Assembly: GCA_951406725.2 (NCBI GenBank)
Contig: OX597827.1
Location: 57,722,001 to 57,786,000, forward strand
Direction: 5' to 3'
DNA length: 64,000 nucleotides
Source of the DNA: Octopus vulgaris
Lineage: Eukaryota
The notes beneath the pieces are model-generated. The model ran no database searches. It was not told the origin of the DNA and saw nothing but the letters and a program-made list of their open reading frames with translations. This document shows positions 26,083 to 40,072 of this stretch, piece by piece (the stretch's first letter is position 1; each line of letters begins with the position of its first letter). Both the position numbers and the translations under genes were made by a program.

Positions 26083-26602
26083 TGCACAACTAATTTTCAT
26101 GCAGTTTCCATCAATCAAATTCACTCGCAAGGCATTGGTCAGCCCAGGGCTATAGTAGAAGACACATGCCCAAAGTGTCATGCAGTGGGATTGAACCTGA
26201 AACCACATGATCGCAAAGAAAGCTTCATAATCACACAGCTACCAAATATTTTTTGAAGTTACAAAACTATAAATATATTAACTAATCTATTCTCTTTTTC
26301 TTTTTCATTTATCTTGATGTTTGACATCAGAAATTCTTATGCTGTATTTTTTTTAAAAAATATATGTCAACAGATAAATATATGTTCAGATATAATTTAT
26401 GTAGTGAACTTGCATTTTGACAGTAATCTCTCACAAAAAAGTGGTTCGTAAGCTTAATCCGTATTGATAATCACATGACCAGTTGAATTTAACTTTTCAC
26501 TGTCAATAATCGCACAGAAAATATAGAGCAATTTAAACAAAAGTGCATATTCCACCAAAAAGCCAGTATGAGAATTTCTCTCATGGTCTCTACTGCAGTA
26601 TA

Positions 26603-27123
26603 AATAAATAATAAATGCACCCTGTTAAAGCCTAGCCAGGCTCATGGGCCCGGTTTCCTGGTTTCAGTGGCATATGTGTTCCCCCCAGCTGGATGGGATG
26701 CCAGTCCATCACAGCGTTACTCATTTTTGTTAGCTGAGTGGATGGACCAATGTGATATGAAGTGTTTTGCTCAAGAACACAATGCGTCACCCGGTCCAGG
26801 AATCGAAACTACTATCTTACGATCATGATGCTGACACCCTGACCATTAAGCCACAGGCCTTGACAAATAAATAAATGTGCCCTTTTAAAACCTAGTCAGG
26901 CTCATGGGCCCGGTTTCCCGGTTTCAATGGCGTATATGTTCCCCTGCTGGACAGGACACTAGTCCATCGCAGCGTTGCTCATTTTTGCCAGCTGAGTGGA
27001 CTGGAGCAACATGAGATGAAGTGATTTGCTCAAGAAAACAACGTGTCGCCCGGTCCAGGAATCAAAACCACAATCTTTTGATCATGATGCTGATACCCTA
27101 AACACTAAGCCATACACCTCCAC
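26603..27123 (-). mobile_element. Head-to-tail dimer of SINE family D
   Basis: Two consecutive copies of the 339-600 element; one 13-bp TSD ctactgcagtata at 26590-26602 and 27124-27136. Confidence 0.9.
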
Positions 27124-27552
27124 CTACTGCAGTATAGTTTGTTCCAACAGAACATCCACGTTTAAGCGGTGATAAATATTATCACTCAGTATTAATACTG
27201 CCTCTGTCACTAATATATGTTTGTGAGCAGAAAATCAGTTCAAAATGATTGGTCTGGTTCTGCATATATCTTGTAACTGTATTTAATACCATTTTTAACC
27301 AACTGGATAATCAGCTATGTGTTGCAAAATTTGGTTTTGGTAAACTCCCCACTAAGAATGCTATACTCTTTTGAAACCTACTTGATGTTATTTAAGCAAA
27401 CTTAATTCACATATTGCCAGATTTTGTCTCATTGACATCCAAAACTATGCTGGACTGTGAGATGCCAAAGACACTCTTACAACTTCGGTAAATTTGCTTA
27501 TAACAATTCTTGTTCTTGTATTGCATGAAGCAATCAAAAGGATTTGATTGCC

Positions 27553-28280
27553 TTACTTTCTTTTATCTTTTATCTTTTACTTGTTTCAGTCTTTGGACTG
27601 TGGCCATGCTGGGGCACCATTTTGAAATGTTTGGTCGACCAAATTGACCTTAATGCATTTTATTTTATGTCTTGTACTTATTCAATCATTTTTCTTTCTA
27701 CACAAAGTGCTAAATTACAGGGACATAAATAAACTGACACTAGTTGTCCAATAGCGGTAGGGGACAAACACACACACATGCACACGCACACACAGATATA
27801 CACATGCATTTTATTATCTAATATATATACACTTTTCTTCATGTATGACAAGTAAATCCGAATATTTATATATATACAACAGGTTTCTTTCAGTTTCCAT
27901 ATACCAAAATCCACTCAAAAAGTTTTGGTTGAATTTGAGCTGTAGTGGGAGACACTTGCCCAGAGTACTACTCAGTGAGACTAAACCGAAGATCACAGGT
28001 CTGGGAAGCAAGCTTCTTTCAACACACCCAATCCATGTAATATTTTCTCCGGTGGCATGTAAAAAGCACCAACCGATCTTGGCCGTTGCCAGCCTCCCCT
28101 GTCACCTGTGACGGTGGCACATAAAAAGCACCCATTACACACACGGAGTGGTTGGCGTTAGGAAGGGCATCCAGCTGTAGAAACACTGCCAGATCAGACT
28201 GAAGCCTGGTGCAGCCTCCTGGCTTCCCAGACCTGGTCGAACCGTCCAACCCATGCTAGCATGGAAAACAGACGTTAAAC

Positions 28281-28335
<55 letters not shown>
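27553..28335. mobile_element. Diverged family A SINE (-) followed by family C SINE (+) with long (GAT)n tail
   Basis: Family motifs as above. Confidence 0.8.
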
Positions 28336-28843
28336 CATTTTGTACTTATAATGAAATCTGTCATGTTTTAACACAGCAAACTGATTGTTATAAACACTTG
28401 ATTTACTAAAACCTGCCACATTCAGGCATATATTTTCTCACTTTTGCTATTTTCTCTGTCTATACACATTCTTGCTTGTTGTTTGCTATCATACACTGTG
28501 CTGACAACAATACTTTGCTCTGCCATACATATTTTATTTTGGACATCTCTACTTTCTTTGACATGCAGGCTTTTTGTTCAGTTAGCAAGTTTAAGTGTTC
28601 ATCAGAATCCTTCTGATGCACAACAGGCTGCTCTGTAGTAACCACATAGGATTTGCGAATCACAGAAAATGTATAAAAACCATTAATAAAAAATATCAGA
28701 ACTGTTTCAATGTTGAAGTCAGATTTTGTATAATGTTTGGAAGAATTTTACAATGTATTTACTTTTTAATGGAACATTAGCTTTCAATCAATTTGGAAGA
28801 AAAAAGAACCAAATTCTATGTGTGTTTTTTTTCCTGCATGAAT

Positions 28844-29225
28844 GCAAGGCCTATAGCCTAACCACTGCAAGGTTATTGACTAATAACTGCAGGGCTATAG
28901 ATTAATAACTGTCAGGTCTATAACCTAGTTACTGTAAGGTTATAGACTAGTAACTGCTGGGTTATAGACTAATATTCTCAAGGCCTATAACCTAATAACT
29001 ACAGGGTCTATAACCTGATAACTGTAGGGTTACTGACTAATATCATCAAGGCCTATAACCTAATAACTGCAGGGATGTTGATTAATAACAGTAGAGCCTA
29101 CAACCTAATAACGCTAAAGTTATAAACTAATAACTGCAGGTCCTATAACCTAATAACTGCATGGCCTATAGCCTAATAACTGTTGAGCCTACAGCTTAAT
29201 AACTGCAGGACTATTGACTGATAGC
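28844..29225. repeat. Degenerate 21-23-bp tandem repeat, about 17 units (gg.ctata.cctaataactgca)
   Basis: Recurrent ctaataactg and ctata(a/g)(c)cta. Confidence 0.85.
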
Positions 29226-29675
29226 TCTACAGGATAAGCTCGAGGAAAGGTATTGCTGGTGTTAATATAGTTTATGCAAAATTCTTTAATAATTAGGCTG
29301 ATCAGAATATTTATTCAAGGAGGATAACAAGACTGATCCATTGAGGAATTTATAAACTTTTCTATACAGTGTTGGAGAGCATAAGGACTAAAGTTGTAGA
29401 TGAGAAAAAGTTAGCTGATATGAAGAACTGGAAGCCATCTGAAACAATTATTTAGCATCTTGATTTTGATGGGGATTTTTCCACAAATTAGATGGTTAAT
29501 GATGAATTCATTTTAATCACTAAGGACTCTTCTTGGCTATTCAGTGGTGTTGCCCTTGTTTGCAACAGTGATCTATACCAATTATAGTACCTATTTACAA
29601 AGTTAAGGCCTTGGATAGAGAGCAGTACTAATGATAAAATATGAATCTTTTGAGAGGCACATGATTGAGTTGGTT

Positions 29676-30162
29676 GATTTGGCAGAATCATTAGCATGCC
29701 AGGCGAAATGCTTAGCTGTATTTCGTCTGCCGTTACATTCATCATCATCATCATCATCGTTTAGCGTCCGCTTTCCATGCTGGCATGGGTTGGACGGTTC
29801 AACTGGGGTCTGGGAAGCCAGAAGGCTGCACTAGACCCAGTCTGATCTGGCAATGTTTCTACGGCTGGATGCCCTTCCTAACGCCAACCACTCCATGAGT
29901 GTAGTGGGTGCTTTTTATGTGCCACTGGCACAGGTGCCAGATGAGGCTGGCAAATGGCCACGATTGAATGGTGCTTTTTACGTGCCACCAGCACGGCGTT
30001 CTGAGTTCAAATTCTGCCGAGGTCGACTTTGCCTTTCATCCTTTCAGGGTTGATAAATTAAGTACCAGTTATGCACTGGGGTCAATGTAATCGGCTTAAT
30101 CTGTTTGTCTGTCCTTGTTTGTTCCCTCTGTGTTTACCCCCGTGTGGGTAGTAAAGAAATAG
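29676..30162 (+). mobile_element. Family B SINE interrupted by an antisense family C SINE (about 29739-29997)
   Basis: gccgttacattc|...|cgttctgagttcaaattc resumes the family B sequence. Confidence 0.85.
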
Positions 30163-30204
30163 GTTGATTATGAATACCACAGATTTAAAGAAGAATGTCT
30201 TTAG

Positions 30205-30885
30205 AAGGCTGAGGGTGTCTTGGCATCACTCACCAAATCCTTTGTGAGCCGCTCTCCGGCTATCTATCTGCGGCTTTATATAGCTATGGTAAGACCTCAC
30301 CTGGAATTTGCATCACCGGTCTGGAACCCCTACCTTGCCCAGGACATCAATCATCTGGAAGCTGTTCAGCGACGTGCAACCAAAAGAATACCCTCCATCA
30401 GGCATTTGCCGTATCCTGAATGCCTTACTTCCCTGGGCATGGACACATTGAAACTCCGACGTCTGGCAGCTGACTTGGCAGACACCCATAAAATTATCAA
30501 CCATCGCACAAACAATAACTCTGAGCACCTCTTCAAACTCCACCCATCTAACACCCGTGGACATATTTACAAAGTAAGAAAAAGCACAGCTCCCATGACT
30601 TCAGGAAACATTTTTTCACGCTGAGAGTTGCTGAAGCATGGAACAAACTGCCGGCATTGGTTGTTAGTTGTCGGAGCACTGCATCCTTCAAAACTTCCAT
30701 GCTTCCTGAGATTCGCCAACACTACACTTGATTTTCTTCCCTCCATACACACACAAGCATGTATCTGACTCATACATTGTTCGCTTTCCAGACATTTCTA
30801 CATTACTGCATGTACTTTATATGCACTTTCTGACAAGTTGTGGTGCACCTGAGCACTGTATACAATAATTTCATTATTATATTAT
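30205..30885 (+). mobile_element. CR1-clade LINE 3' fragment
   Basis: LYIAMVRPHLEFASPVWNPY...LEAVQRRATK...LRRLAADL...TRGH; after a frameshift FFTLRVAEAWNKLP; (att)n tail. Confidence 0.92.
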
Positions 30886-32074
30886 TTATGTATCATACCT
30901 TTCCCATGATGTGACATAAGGGAAGTGCAATGATTGAGTTTTGAAAGAGCTTCAAGAGACTTGTCTTATTGTGAGAGTTTCTTTTAATGTATGTTGCTCA
31001 CCTAGCTTGAATAAGAGATATTAATAAAACTTTCCCATACATTTTACACAAGGAACACTTGATAACAGATATTAATAAAACTTTCCCATATTTTTAGAAG
31101 ATGAAAATTCCAGTTTCAAGAAAAGTGAGAAGTAGTGTTGTAGTGTTGTGGGGTATCATATGAAATAGCCATATATTCTTTAACTGAACATTCCCAAAGT
31201 GAAATATTCGGAAACTGATACTTATGAGGTAAGTTGTTGCTGCTGCTACAATTCTTACTGTTAATGTTGTTGTTGTTGTTATTTAGCCCCAGGTCAGCTC
31301 TGACTAAACAGGCTTGTGATCAGAGATGCCCTTACAATAATTATCCTGTCTCTTTAGGATATTCAGGAATCCATTTGCCAAGATACTTTGCTTTTTTCTT
31401 AACAGTAGGATTTAAGCTGAAGAAATTTAGCTGCTATTTTGTGCAGGACAAACAACTACATAGAGAATCCTTTGCTGGCTTGACTGTGTTAGGTCAAATA
31501 TATGTATATATATTTATATACATACATACATATATATATATATATGATAATGCTGTTTTTCTTTCTTTCTTTTTCCCCTCTTTTTCTCTCCACCCGCTTT
31601 CTCTCTCTCTCTCTCTCTCTCTCCACCCCCTCTCTCTCTCTCTCTGATAAAGCTTCTATACTGGCACTCCTTCCAACATCAACACCAATAATATTTATTC
31701 CTCACATTACCAGACAGTGATAAATTTGTAAAGGTGGTCTCATTAGATACTTTATGCTTATTTTATTCTAGAAAAGTGTGTGGCCTAGCAGTTAAGGTAT
31801 TCAACTCATAATTATAAGCTTGTGGGTTCAATTCCCAAAGCAGGTTGTAAGTTGTGTCCTTGAGCAAGGCACTTCATTTCATGTTGCTTCAGTCTACTCA
31901 GCTGAAAATGCATCCCATCCAAGTGCCAGTGCAGCCCTCTCTCCCCACTGAATGTCACATCTTGGACGTTCCGATGGATCAAAGGTATCTATGTCTGCTC
32001 ACAAGCAGTTGAAGCTGCCAAAATCACACTCACTTGTGAGTGGCAGTTGGCTGCACTGTACCGTACTGCATTTT

Positions 32075-32600
32075 TCAAGATGGTACCAAAAGGTTTCTGG
32101 TCAAGTTATGTTTGCCTAAGTTTTAACAACTTCTCCTTTGAAATAGTTACCTTGTGCAGCAATACACTAATGTCAGCATTCCTACCACTCTTGGAATCCG
32201 GTCTGGAAGACATTTTCTGTGAGCGAGTCAAAGACCTTCTGTGATTCACTCTGGATCTCAACAGTGGTGTTAAAACGGTGACCTTTGAGCTGCATTTTCA
32301 TCTTGGGGAAGAGATGGAAGTCCACAGGTGCTAAAACCTGGTGCATAGGATGGTTATGGAAGCAGTACTATGTTGTTTTGGGTGAGAAACTCATGAACAA
32401 GGAGAGCTCAGTGAAGGATCCAGTTCTTTGTGCTCCACAGATTCAATCACTTTCACCAAATGTCTTTCCTTAAACACCTCAAAATGTCACAGTAGAACTC
32501 TTGATTGATGGTCTGGTCCTGGGTGGATGGGGAATTCTTGATGCACAATACTACATTTCCAAGGGTGACACTCATAGCATGTCTTACAGATCACTCATTA
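32075..32600 (-). mobile_element. mariner transposase C-terminal remnant
   Basis: Minus strand LAPVDFHLFPKMKMQLKGHRF...FQEW..C...CIAAQGNYF. Confidence 0.85.
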
Positions 32601-33559
32601 TCTTCCAGGGATGTTCTTCTTTTTGCCTGACATACTAAGAATTTTGCCATATCAGGCCCAAATATTCTACCTGTTTTCTGTTCAAAATGGCCAGATCTGG
32701 TTTTTCACACCTCCCCTACAAAGTCATTCTAAAATAAATAGTTCCATTATTGAAATCTCAAGGTTACAAAATAATGCATGATTAATTCAAAACAATATAA
32801 ATAAATAAGAATTACATTTGGCAGAGTAATCTGAATGCTGAAGGGTTAAAATGAAATCAGGATCCACAGAGAGAAAGGCTTACCTATTCAAATTCACCAT
32901 GTAATTTATCTTTGCCTGAAGCCATAGTCTTCTAGAATTAACCTTCCAAATGTCTCAGACATCAGCTATCAGGTAAATATCCGGTTTCAGATAAAGTAAT
33001 ACTAAAACACCTGTGTTCATTCTGATCTTCTGCCCTGCCATTACCATCTTATCTATATACATTAATCCTTCTAATATGCAACAAGATATATATGAATATT
33101 TATCATTCAACTCTTTGGTGTTGATATTTGGTCAACTGTAATTCATTCATGATGAAAGTCACATCATCAACTATAAAAAGAGGACTGTGTGTGGTAAGAC
33201 ATGTTGTGGAGGATTTTGCAGGTGTCTGGGATCAACAGACAACTTCTTCTAGTCTTGAAGTCTCTGTATAAATGATTTTAGTTTTGGCACAATGTCAGCA
33301 ATTTAAGAGAGGGTAAATCAATTGCATTGACCCCAGTGTTTCACTGGTACTTAATTTATCAACCCTGAAAGGATGAATTGCAAAGTTGACCTTGGCAAAA
33401 TTTGAACTCAGGCATGCTAACAATTCTGCCAGCTCACCAATGTCATAGAATTTCTGTTCTGGTGAATGATATGAGTCAAAGCCTTTCCTTATGAATGGCT
33501 GACTCTGTCACTTCTCTTTTTCATAATCTTTATAAATTGGATTCACATGTGCAACCATG

Positions 33560-34470
33560 ATGGAAATGGTTTCAAAATTGGTGCAAGTCATATCAGCCAG
33601 CTGATATTTGCAGACAATGTGATATCACTTGTTAGAAGGTAATCTTCAGCATGCACCTAAGAGGCTTACTGACGTGTGCAAGGATGAATATCAGTGTTGC
33701 AAGACTGAGGTGTTGCTCCTCTTGAGAAAGCCTGCTTAGTGCACTTAATATGTTACTGGAGCCATACTGAAGCAAATGAAGAAATTCAAGTATCTTTGGA
33801 CTGTTTCAATGTGTGATGGAAAAGGCAAGAGATTGAATTGAATGCAAGAATTGCTGGTGATGGTAACAGTAACATGCCAGCTACAGTAATTGGTTGTCAG
33901 AAGAAGGCTGGTAGGTAAAAATGCCAAACTCACAACCTCCAAATCGGTTTTTGTTCTTATGGCCAAGAGTTTTCAATAGGGACCGAATGAATACAACTGT
34001 GAATACAAATGGTCAAGATGAGGTTTCTCCAAAAATCCCATTGGTTGCTGAAATAATCCTGATTGAGTACATAGCTCAGAGGTTAGAGAGTTGCTCTAGG
34101 TTGAGCACTTCTTTGTATTGATGGCTCACAGTGTCAGTACCACTAGCATATGGTTAGAATATCTGAGGAAAGAATTGCAGGACAGATTTTGTGGGCAGAG
34201 TCAACTGGCAGAAGACCTCAGAATAGACCCCTAGCAATATGGTTAAATATTCTTGATAGCTTTAGTTGGTCATTATGAGGGATCCAGCCAGAACATGTGC
34301 TTTTTATGGAACTCTCTGGAGGGTATATCTAAGGTCTCTGTCCTCTTGAGACTTTTTGGAATTATGACTAATGAAGATGGATGGATAGACTCCCAAGTGG
34401 AATAAACATCTAGGAAGTCAATGTCAACAGGCCTGTGTACCTCCACCCCATGCGAAAAGACCTTTGAATA
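33560..34470 (+). mobile_element. Highly decayed RTE-clade LINE 3' part
   Basis: QLIFADN, SVAKTEVL and KFKYL motifs with many stops. Confidence 0.65.
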
Positions 34471-35469
34471 TACAGCCGGATCCATAAAGTAATTATGATT
34501 TAATTAATTTTATATATAACAAGATTAAGGCGTTGAGCTGGCAGTATCATTAGCATGCTGGGCAAAAGGCTTGGTAGCATTTCATCTGTCTTTACAGTCT
34601 AAGTTCAAATTCCACCAAGGTCAACCGTTTCAGGGTTGATAAAATAAGTACCAGTTGAACACTGAGGTTGGTGTAATTGATTTAACCCTCCCCTAAAATT
34701 GCTGGCTTTGTGCCAAAATTTGAACCCAAAGTATAGCAATATTGTTAATTTAGTGTTTCTTTTTTTAAGTCTTTAATTTAAAGCTCCTTTATAATATCCA
34801 CCACAAGCCTTGAATTAGTTTAATCTGTAAGATACAAATGAGTCTGTAAGTTAAATTCTGTGAAATAATATCGGGATTTCAATAAACAAACAAAAGCCTA
34901 GATATTTTCTTTCTAGTCTGGTTATCTTATGAGAGTTAAAAGTACAAGTGAGCTACAAGTGTATAAATATGCATTTTCAATCATAAACAAGAGCAGCCTT
35001 TGAGCTAGAATGATCTGTAAAAAATTTTTATGAAAAAATTGTCATCATCTACTTATTGATTTGCATGGGCCAAGAGCCTATCTTTTAAATGCCAACTCTC
35101 AAATAACTTTTGGCCAATATCAGTTACTGAGTTGTAATGGTCTCTGACTATAACTTCCTACACAGTTTGAAAAGAATATAGACATTTCTACAGCTTTTAT
35201 TCATAGTATGACTATATGCATTTGTCATGTAACAACTCCATTGTATTATATTTTGTTGTATAGCATTATATTGTGTAACATGCTATGTGACTTGTTCATA
35301 GTTGATACTGAAACATCTCAAGTTACAGGACCAATTTATCAAGCTTATGCATGACTCAAATGGGATTGTTGTGTCATTTGACTGCTACATTTGCATGTAT
35401 CATCCACCTCCGCTGCTGATTTGGTCACCTAGATAACAAAAGCTATGAACTACTTCTAGCTTACCTCAC

Positions 35470-36030
35470 TGGCATTTGATGAAGTATATTTCCTGTACAT
35501 TACTAGTGTTTATTGTATCTGTACATCTGCTACACACAGACTATTTTCCTTGTTAACCTTCCTCTAACATTTCTGCACCTCTTATGTGTCCATAACTCGC
35601 ACTAGGTACACCTTAACGACTTTCTACTTACGCATTTTCTACATTTTCTATATTGAGCAGGGCCATCTACCTGAAGGATCTGATTTGTCTGCTTTCCTGC
35701 TCACTAAGACTGAATTTTGCTTAATTAAATCAAAGGCCCTTTAATTCCAGACACTTACTTTCACCCCTGAAAGTTTCTCTTCAGTTCTGTTGGTGATTCA
35801 TCTATAAGAACATGGTCATCAGCATAGAGGAACTCCCAGGGATAGCCTGACTTAAATTCTTCAGTTATTGCCTAGAGAATTATGATGTGCAAAAGGGGAA
35901 TGAGGATTAATCCTTGGTGAACTCCTACTTGTACACTGAATTCATTGCTATACTCATTGTCAACCCTCACTTTACTGACAATGTCTTGTACAGCTCTCAC
36001 AAACCACTCATCTATCCCTTGTTTCTGCAT
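35470..36030 (-). mobile_element. RTE-clade LINE RT fragment
   Basis: SKVRVDNEYSNEFSVQVGVHQG..L.PLL, then GYPWEFLYADD. Confidence 0.85.
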
Positions 36031-36077
36031 TAACCAAAGCTTGTGAGGGGATTTTGGTTGACAGAAATTGAAAGAAG

Positions 36078-36279
36078 GCACCAAGCTGGTAGAAACGTTA
36101 GCATGCTGGTTGAAATGCTTAGCGGTCTTTTGTTTGCCGTTACGTTCTGAGTTCAAATTCCACCGAGATTGATTAAATAAGTACCAGTTATGCACTGGGG
36201 TCGATATAATCGACTTAATCCATTTGTCTGTCCTTGTTATCCCCTCTGTGTATAGCCCCTTGTGGGCAGTAAAGAAATA
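36078..36279 (+). mobile_element. Family B SINE nested in a family A fragment
   Basis: 15-bp TSD agaaa(t/c)tgaaagaag at 36063-36077 and 36280-36294. Confidence 0.8.
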
Positions 36280-36695
36280 AGAAACTGAAAGAAGTCCATC
36301 TAAGGGGTCTCAGAGTGGGACTGAACCTGAAATTGTGAAGTTGCAAACTGAAATTCTTAACCATACAACTAAGTCTGTACCTAACCACACAGCTATACTT
36401 ATGCCTAACCACACAGCAATAAATGTATGTATTGATTTCAAATTTTGACACAAGGCCAGAAATTTCATGGGAGGAGTTAAGTTGATTACATCAACCTCAA
36501 TGTTCATCTGGTACTTATTTTATTGATTCCAAAAGCATGAAAGGATGAAAAAAGATTCAGTACGTCCAAATTACTAAAGATTAGCATAGTATTGATTTCA
36601 AATTTTGGCACAAGGCCAGCAATCTAGGGGGAGGGTGTAGTCAATTACATTGACCCCAGTGCTCAACTCATACGTATTTTATCGACCCTGAAAGG

Positions 36696-37283
36696 ATGAA
36701 AGGCAAAGTCAACCTCAGCAGAATTTGAACTTAGAACTTACAGATGGATGTAATGCTGCTACGTATTTTGCCCGGTGTGCTAATGGTTCTGCCAGCTTGC
36801 CACCATCATAAGTGCATATATTAACAAAAGATTAGCAAACAAAATAGGCAATTATGATAACTATAACAGGCATAGGGTTAAAGTAGAAATTATAAATGAT
36901 AAAATGTTTCTTCCCCACTGCAAAATGTTTCTTATCTGTTTTAAAATCCTGATTTGATTTAATGGGGATCGTTAGCATTATGTGGTCAATGAAAGGCAAA
37001 GTCAACCTCAGCAGAATTTGAACTCAGAACTTACAGATGGATGTAATGCTGCTACGTATTTTGCCCGGTGTGCTAATGGTTCTGCCAGCTTGCCACCATC
37101 ATAAGTGCATATATTAACAAAAGATTAGCGAACAAAATAGGCAATTATGATAACTATAACAGGCATAGGGTTAAAGTAGAAATTATAAATGATAAAATGT
37201 TTCTTCCCCACTGCAAAATGTTTCTTATCTGTTTTAAAATCCTGATTTGATTTAATGGGGATCGTTAGCATTATGTGGTCAAT
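36696..37283. repeat. Direct tandem duplication, 293-bp period
   Basis: Two near-identical copies; I count 2 substitutions. Confidence 0.95.
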
Positions 37284-38269
37284 AACATATTAATAACTAT
37301 ATGATTCAATCAACTGATGTTATTTACGAGGCAAAAACTCAATTATTGCATAATGAGTTAAAGACATCAAAATAGTAAAATAGAATTGCAAGTCTGTTAA
37401 TTAACATCCAACAAAAATGAAGTAAATCTGCCCATTTACTCTTGCCATATTAAACTTGATTATTCTAATTTGTTTAATTAAAGTGTATTGGATTTCAGAA
37501 ATATTCTGTGAATTGGATCGACCTTTCCACCCAGTTGTTCACTGGAGTTGAAGCAAGTGTTATAGGATGATAGTAACAGAGCAAGTACAGAATCACTAAG
37601 TTGAAATTAATAGCTTACAATTTTGGCCCAAGGCCAACAATTTTGAGAAAGGGGTTTAGTCAATTGCATTGACGCCAGCACTTGATTGGTACTTTTTTCA
37701 TTGATTTTGAAAGGATAAAAGGCAAAATTAACCTTGGTGGAATTCGAACTCAAAATGTAAAGATGGATGTAATGCCTGGTATATAAGTGATCCTGCTAGT
37801 GTGCTGCCTTCAATTGACATGAATATTAATCTAATTATGAATGCAAGTCTGTCACATATATTCTATTATGACTGGTTATAGACAAGTAGATATGGAAGCT
37901 AAATCCTTTATGTATCCAAGAGTAAGACAATAGAGTTGAAATAATGGAATTATTTGCAGGCATGGGTTGCGTGATAAAAAGTTTGCTCCACATGGTTTTA
38001 GATTTAGTCCCACTGCATGGCATCTTGGGCAAGTATTTTCTAGTATAGCCTTGGGCTGACCAAAGCCTTGTGAGGGGATTTTGGGAGACAAACTGAAAGA
38101 AGCTGAAAGAAACTGAAAGAAGGCGGCGAGCTGGCAGAAACGTTAGCACGCCGGGCAAAATGCTTTGCGGTATTTCATCTGCCATTACGTTCTGAGTTCA
38201 AATTCCGCCGAGGTCGACTTTGCCTTTCATCCTTTCGGGGTCGATACATTAAGTACCAGTTACACACTA

Positions 38270-38710
38270 GTACTTAATCCAAGCTTCTCTACTAGTTCCT
38301 CAACAGTTACGATAGGATTTGCAGGACATCCTTGTTGAACTTTACAGATCTTTCAAAATGAGGCTCATCTTCTAGGTTGTAGTTTCCAGCTTGGAATTTC
38401 TGGAACCACCATTGACACTGGCTTATGCTTATTGTCCAATCCCAATATACTGCATTAATATTCCTCATACTTTCCATTGCATCATTTCCTTTATTGAACT
38501 CATAAAGCAAAATATGCTGAATATGCACCTTTGTCACTTCCATTATAGCTTTGGAAAAATGACTTTAAAATCGAACTGCACTAAGAATAAGTACAAGGTG
38601 AAATTACTACCTGCTTTTATAGCAAGATGATGCAGGTGGTTTATCTTTCCCCCTCTGACTTTTAGTTCATGCAATTGCAAAAACTGCATTTTTTATGGGA
38701 TGACCCAATA
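38270..38710 (-). mobile_element. mariner element 5' fragment (TIR plus N-terminal HTH)
   Basis: ORF 38307..38543 HIQHILLYEFNKG...NINAVY...CQWWFQKFQAGNYNLEDEP; terminus tattgggtcatcccataa. Confidence 0.88.
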
Positions 38711-39224
38711 TTTCTGTTGATAACAACACACTTAATAAATTTTATCACCTTTCATTCCTGTAATTCAAATAAGAACAATGTTGTCTATTTCTATATAAAA
38801 AACTTATTTTCTATTAATTTCTCTGTTGTTTTGTCGTTTTATCTTTTCATACCCTTGACAGTGTAGTTATTTTTATATGGCATGATTAACCGTAATTTAT
38901 TTATCTATTTATTTATTTATCTTCCTTCTTTACTTGCTTCAGTCATTTGATTGTGGCCAAGTTGGGGCACCATCTTGAAGACTTTTTTAGTCAAACAAAT
39001 CAATCCCAGGACATTTAAAAAAAACAAACTTAGTACTTATTTTATCATTTGCTGAATTACTAAGTTACAGGGATGTAGACACACCAGCACCAGTTGTCAA
39101 GTAGTGGTGAGGAGACAAACACACGCACACACACACAGACACACACACACCTCAGCAGTATTTGAACTCAGAATGTAATGACAGACGAAGTACCACTGAG
39201 CATTTCACCTGGCATACTAATGTT

Positions 39225-39460
39225 TCTTATTTCTTTATTGCCCACAGGGGGCTAAACATAGAGGGGACAAACAAGGACAGACAAAGGGATTAAGTCGATT
39301 ACATCGACCCCAGTGCATAACTGGTACTTAATTTATTGACCCCGAAAGGATGAAAGGTAAAGTTGATCTCGGCGGAATTTGAACTCAGAACGTAAAGACA
39401 GACGAAATACCGCTAAGCATTTTGCCTGGCGTGCTAATGTTTCTGCCAGCTTGCCACCTT
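39225..39460 (-). mobile_element. SINE family B, full length
   Basis: Minus strand aaggtggcaagctggcagaaac...gagttcaaattccgccgag...ctttcatcctttcggggtc...aagtaccag...gggcaataaagaaataag. Confidence 0.9.
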
Positions 39461-39710
39461 CGTTTCTGCCATGTATATGTGTATGCGTACCCTTGTCTTG
39501 ACATCATGGGATGGTTTTAAATGAGCTGTCATACAAATGATATTGCTTGTTTCCAGTCTTCTGTGAAAAACACGTCTGGCCTGGCCATGGGGAACTAGAA
39601 CCTTGTTTGGAAATTGGTAATGGTTGATGATAGGAAGGACATCCAACAACAGAAAAATCTGCCACGACAAATTCCATCTCACCTTCGCAAGTATGGGAAA
39701 GTGGACATTA

Positions 39711-39725
39711 AATGATGACAACAAC

Positions 39726-39773
<48 letters not shown>

Positions 39774-39791
39774 AATGACGACGACGACGAC

Positions 39792-39825
<34 letters not shown>

Positions 39826-40072
39826 GTGATGATGGTGATGATGGTGATGATGGTGATGATGATGATGATGATGATGACGACGATGATAATGATGATGATG
39901 ATGACAGTGATGACGACGACGATGATGATAATGATGATGATGATGACGACGACAATGACGATGATGAATGATGATGATGATGAATGATGATGATGATGAT
40001 GTTGACGATGACTGATGATGATGAATGATGATGGTGATGATGACAATGACGACGAAGACAGTGGTGATGACA
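39711..40072. repeat. Expanded (GAT/GAC/GGT)n tract, tail of a family C-like SINE
   Basis: Direct; preceded by gtggacattaaa. Confidence 0.95.
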
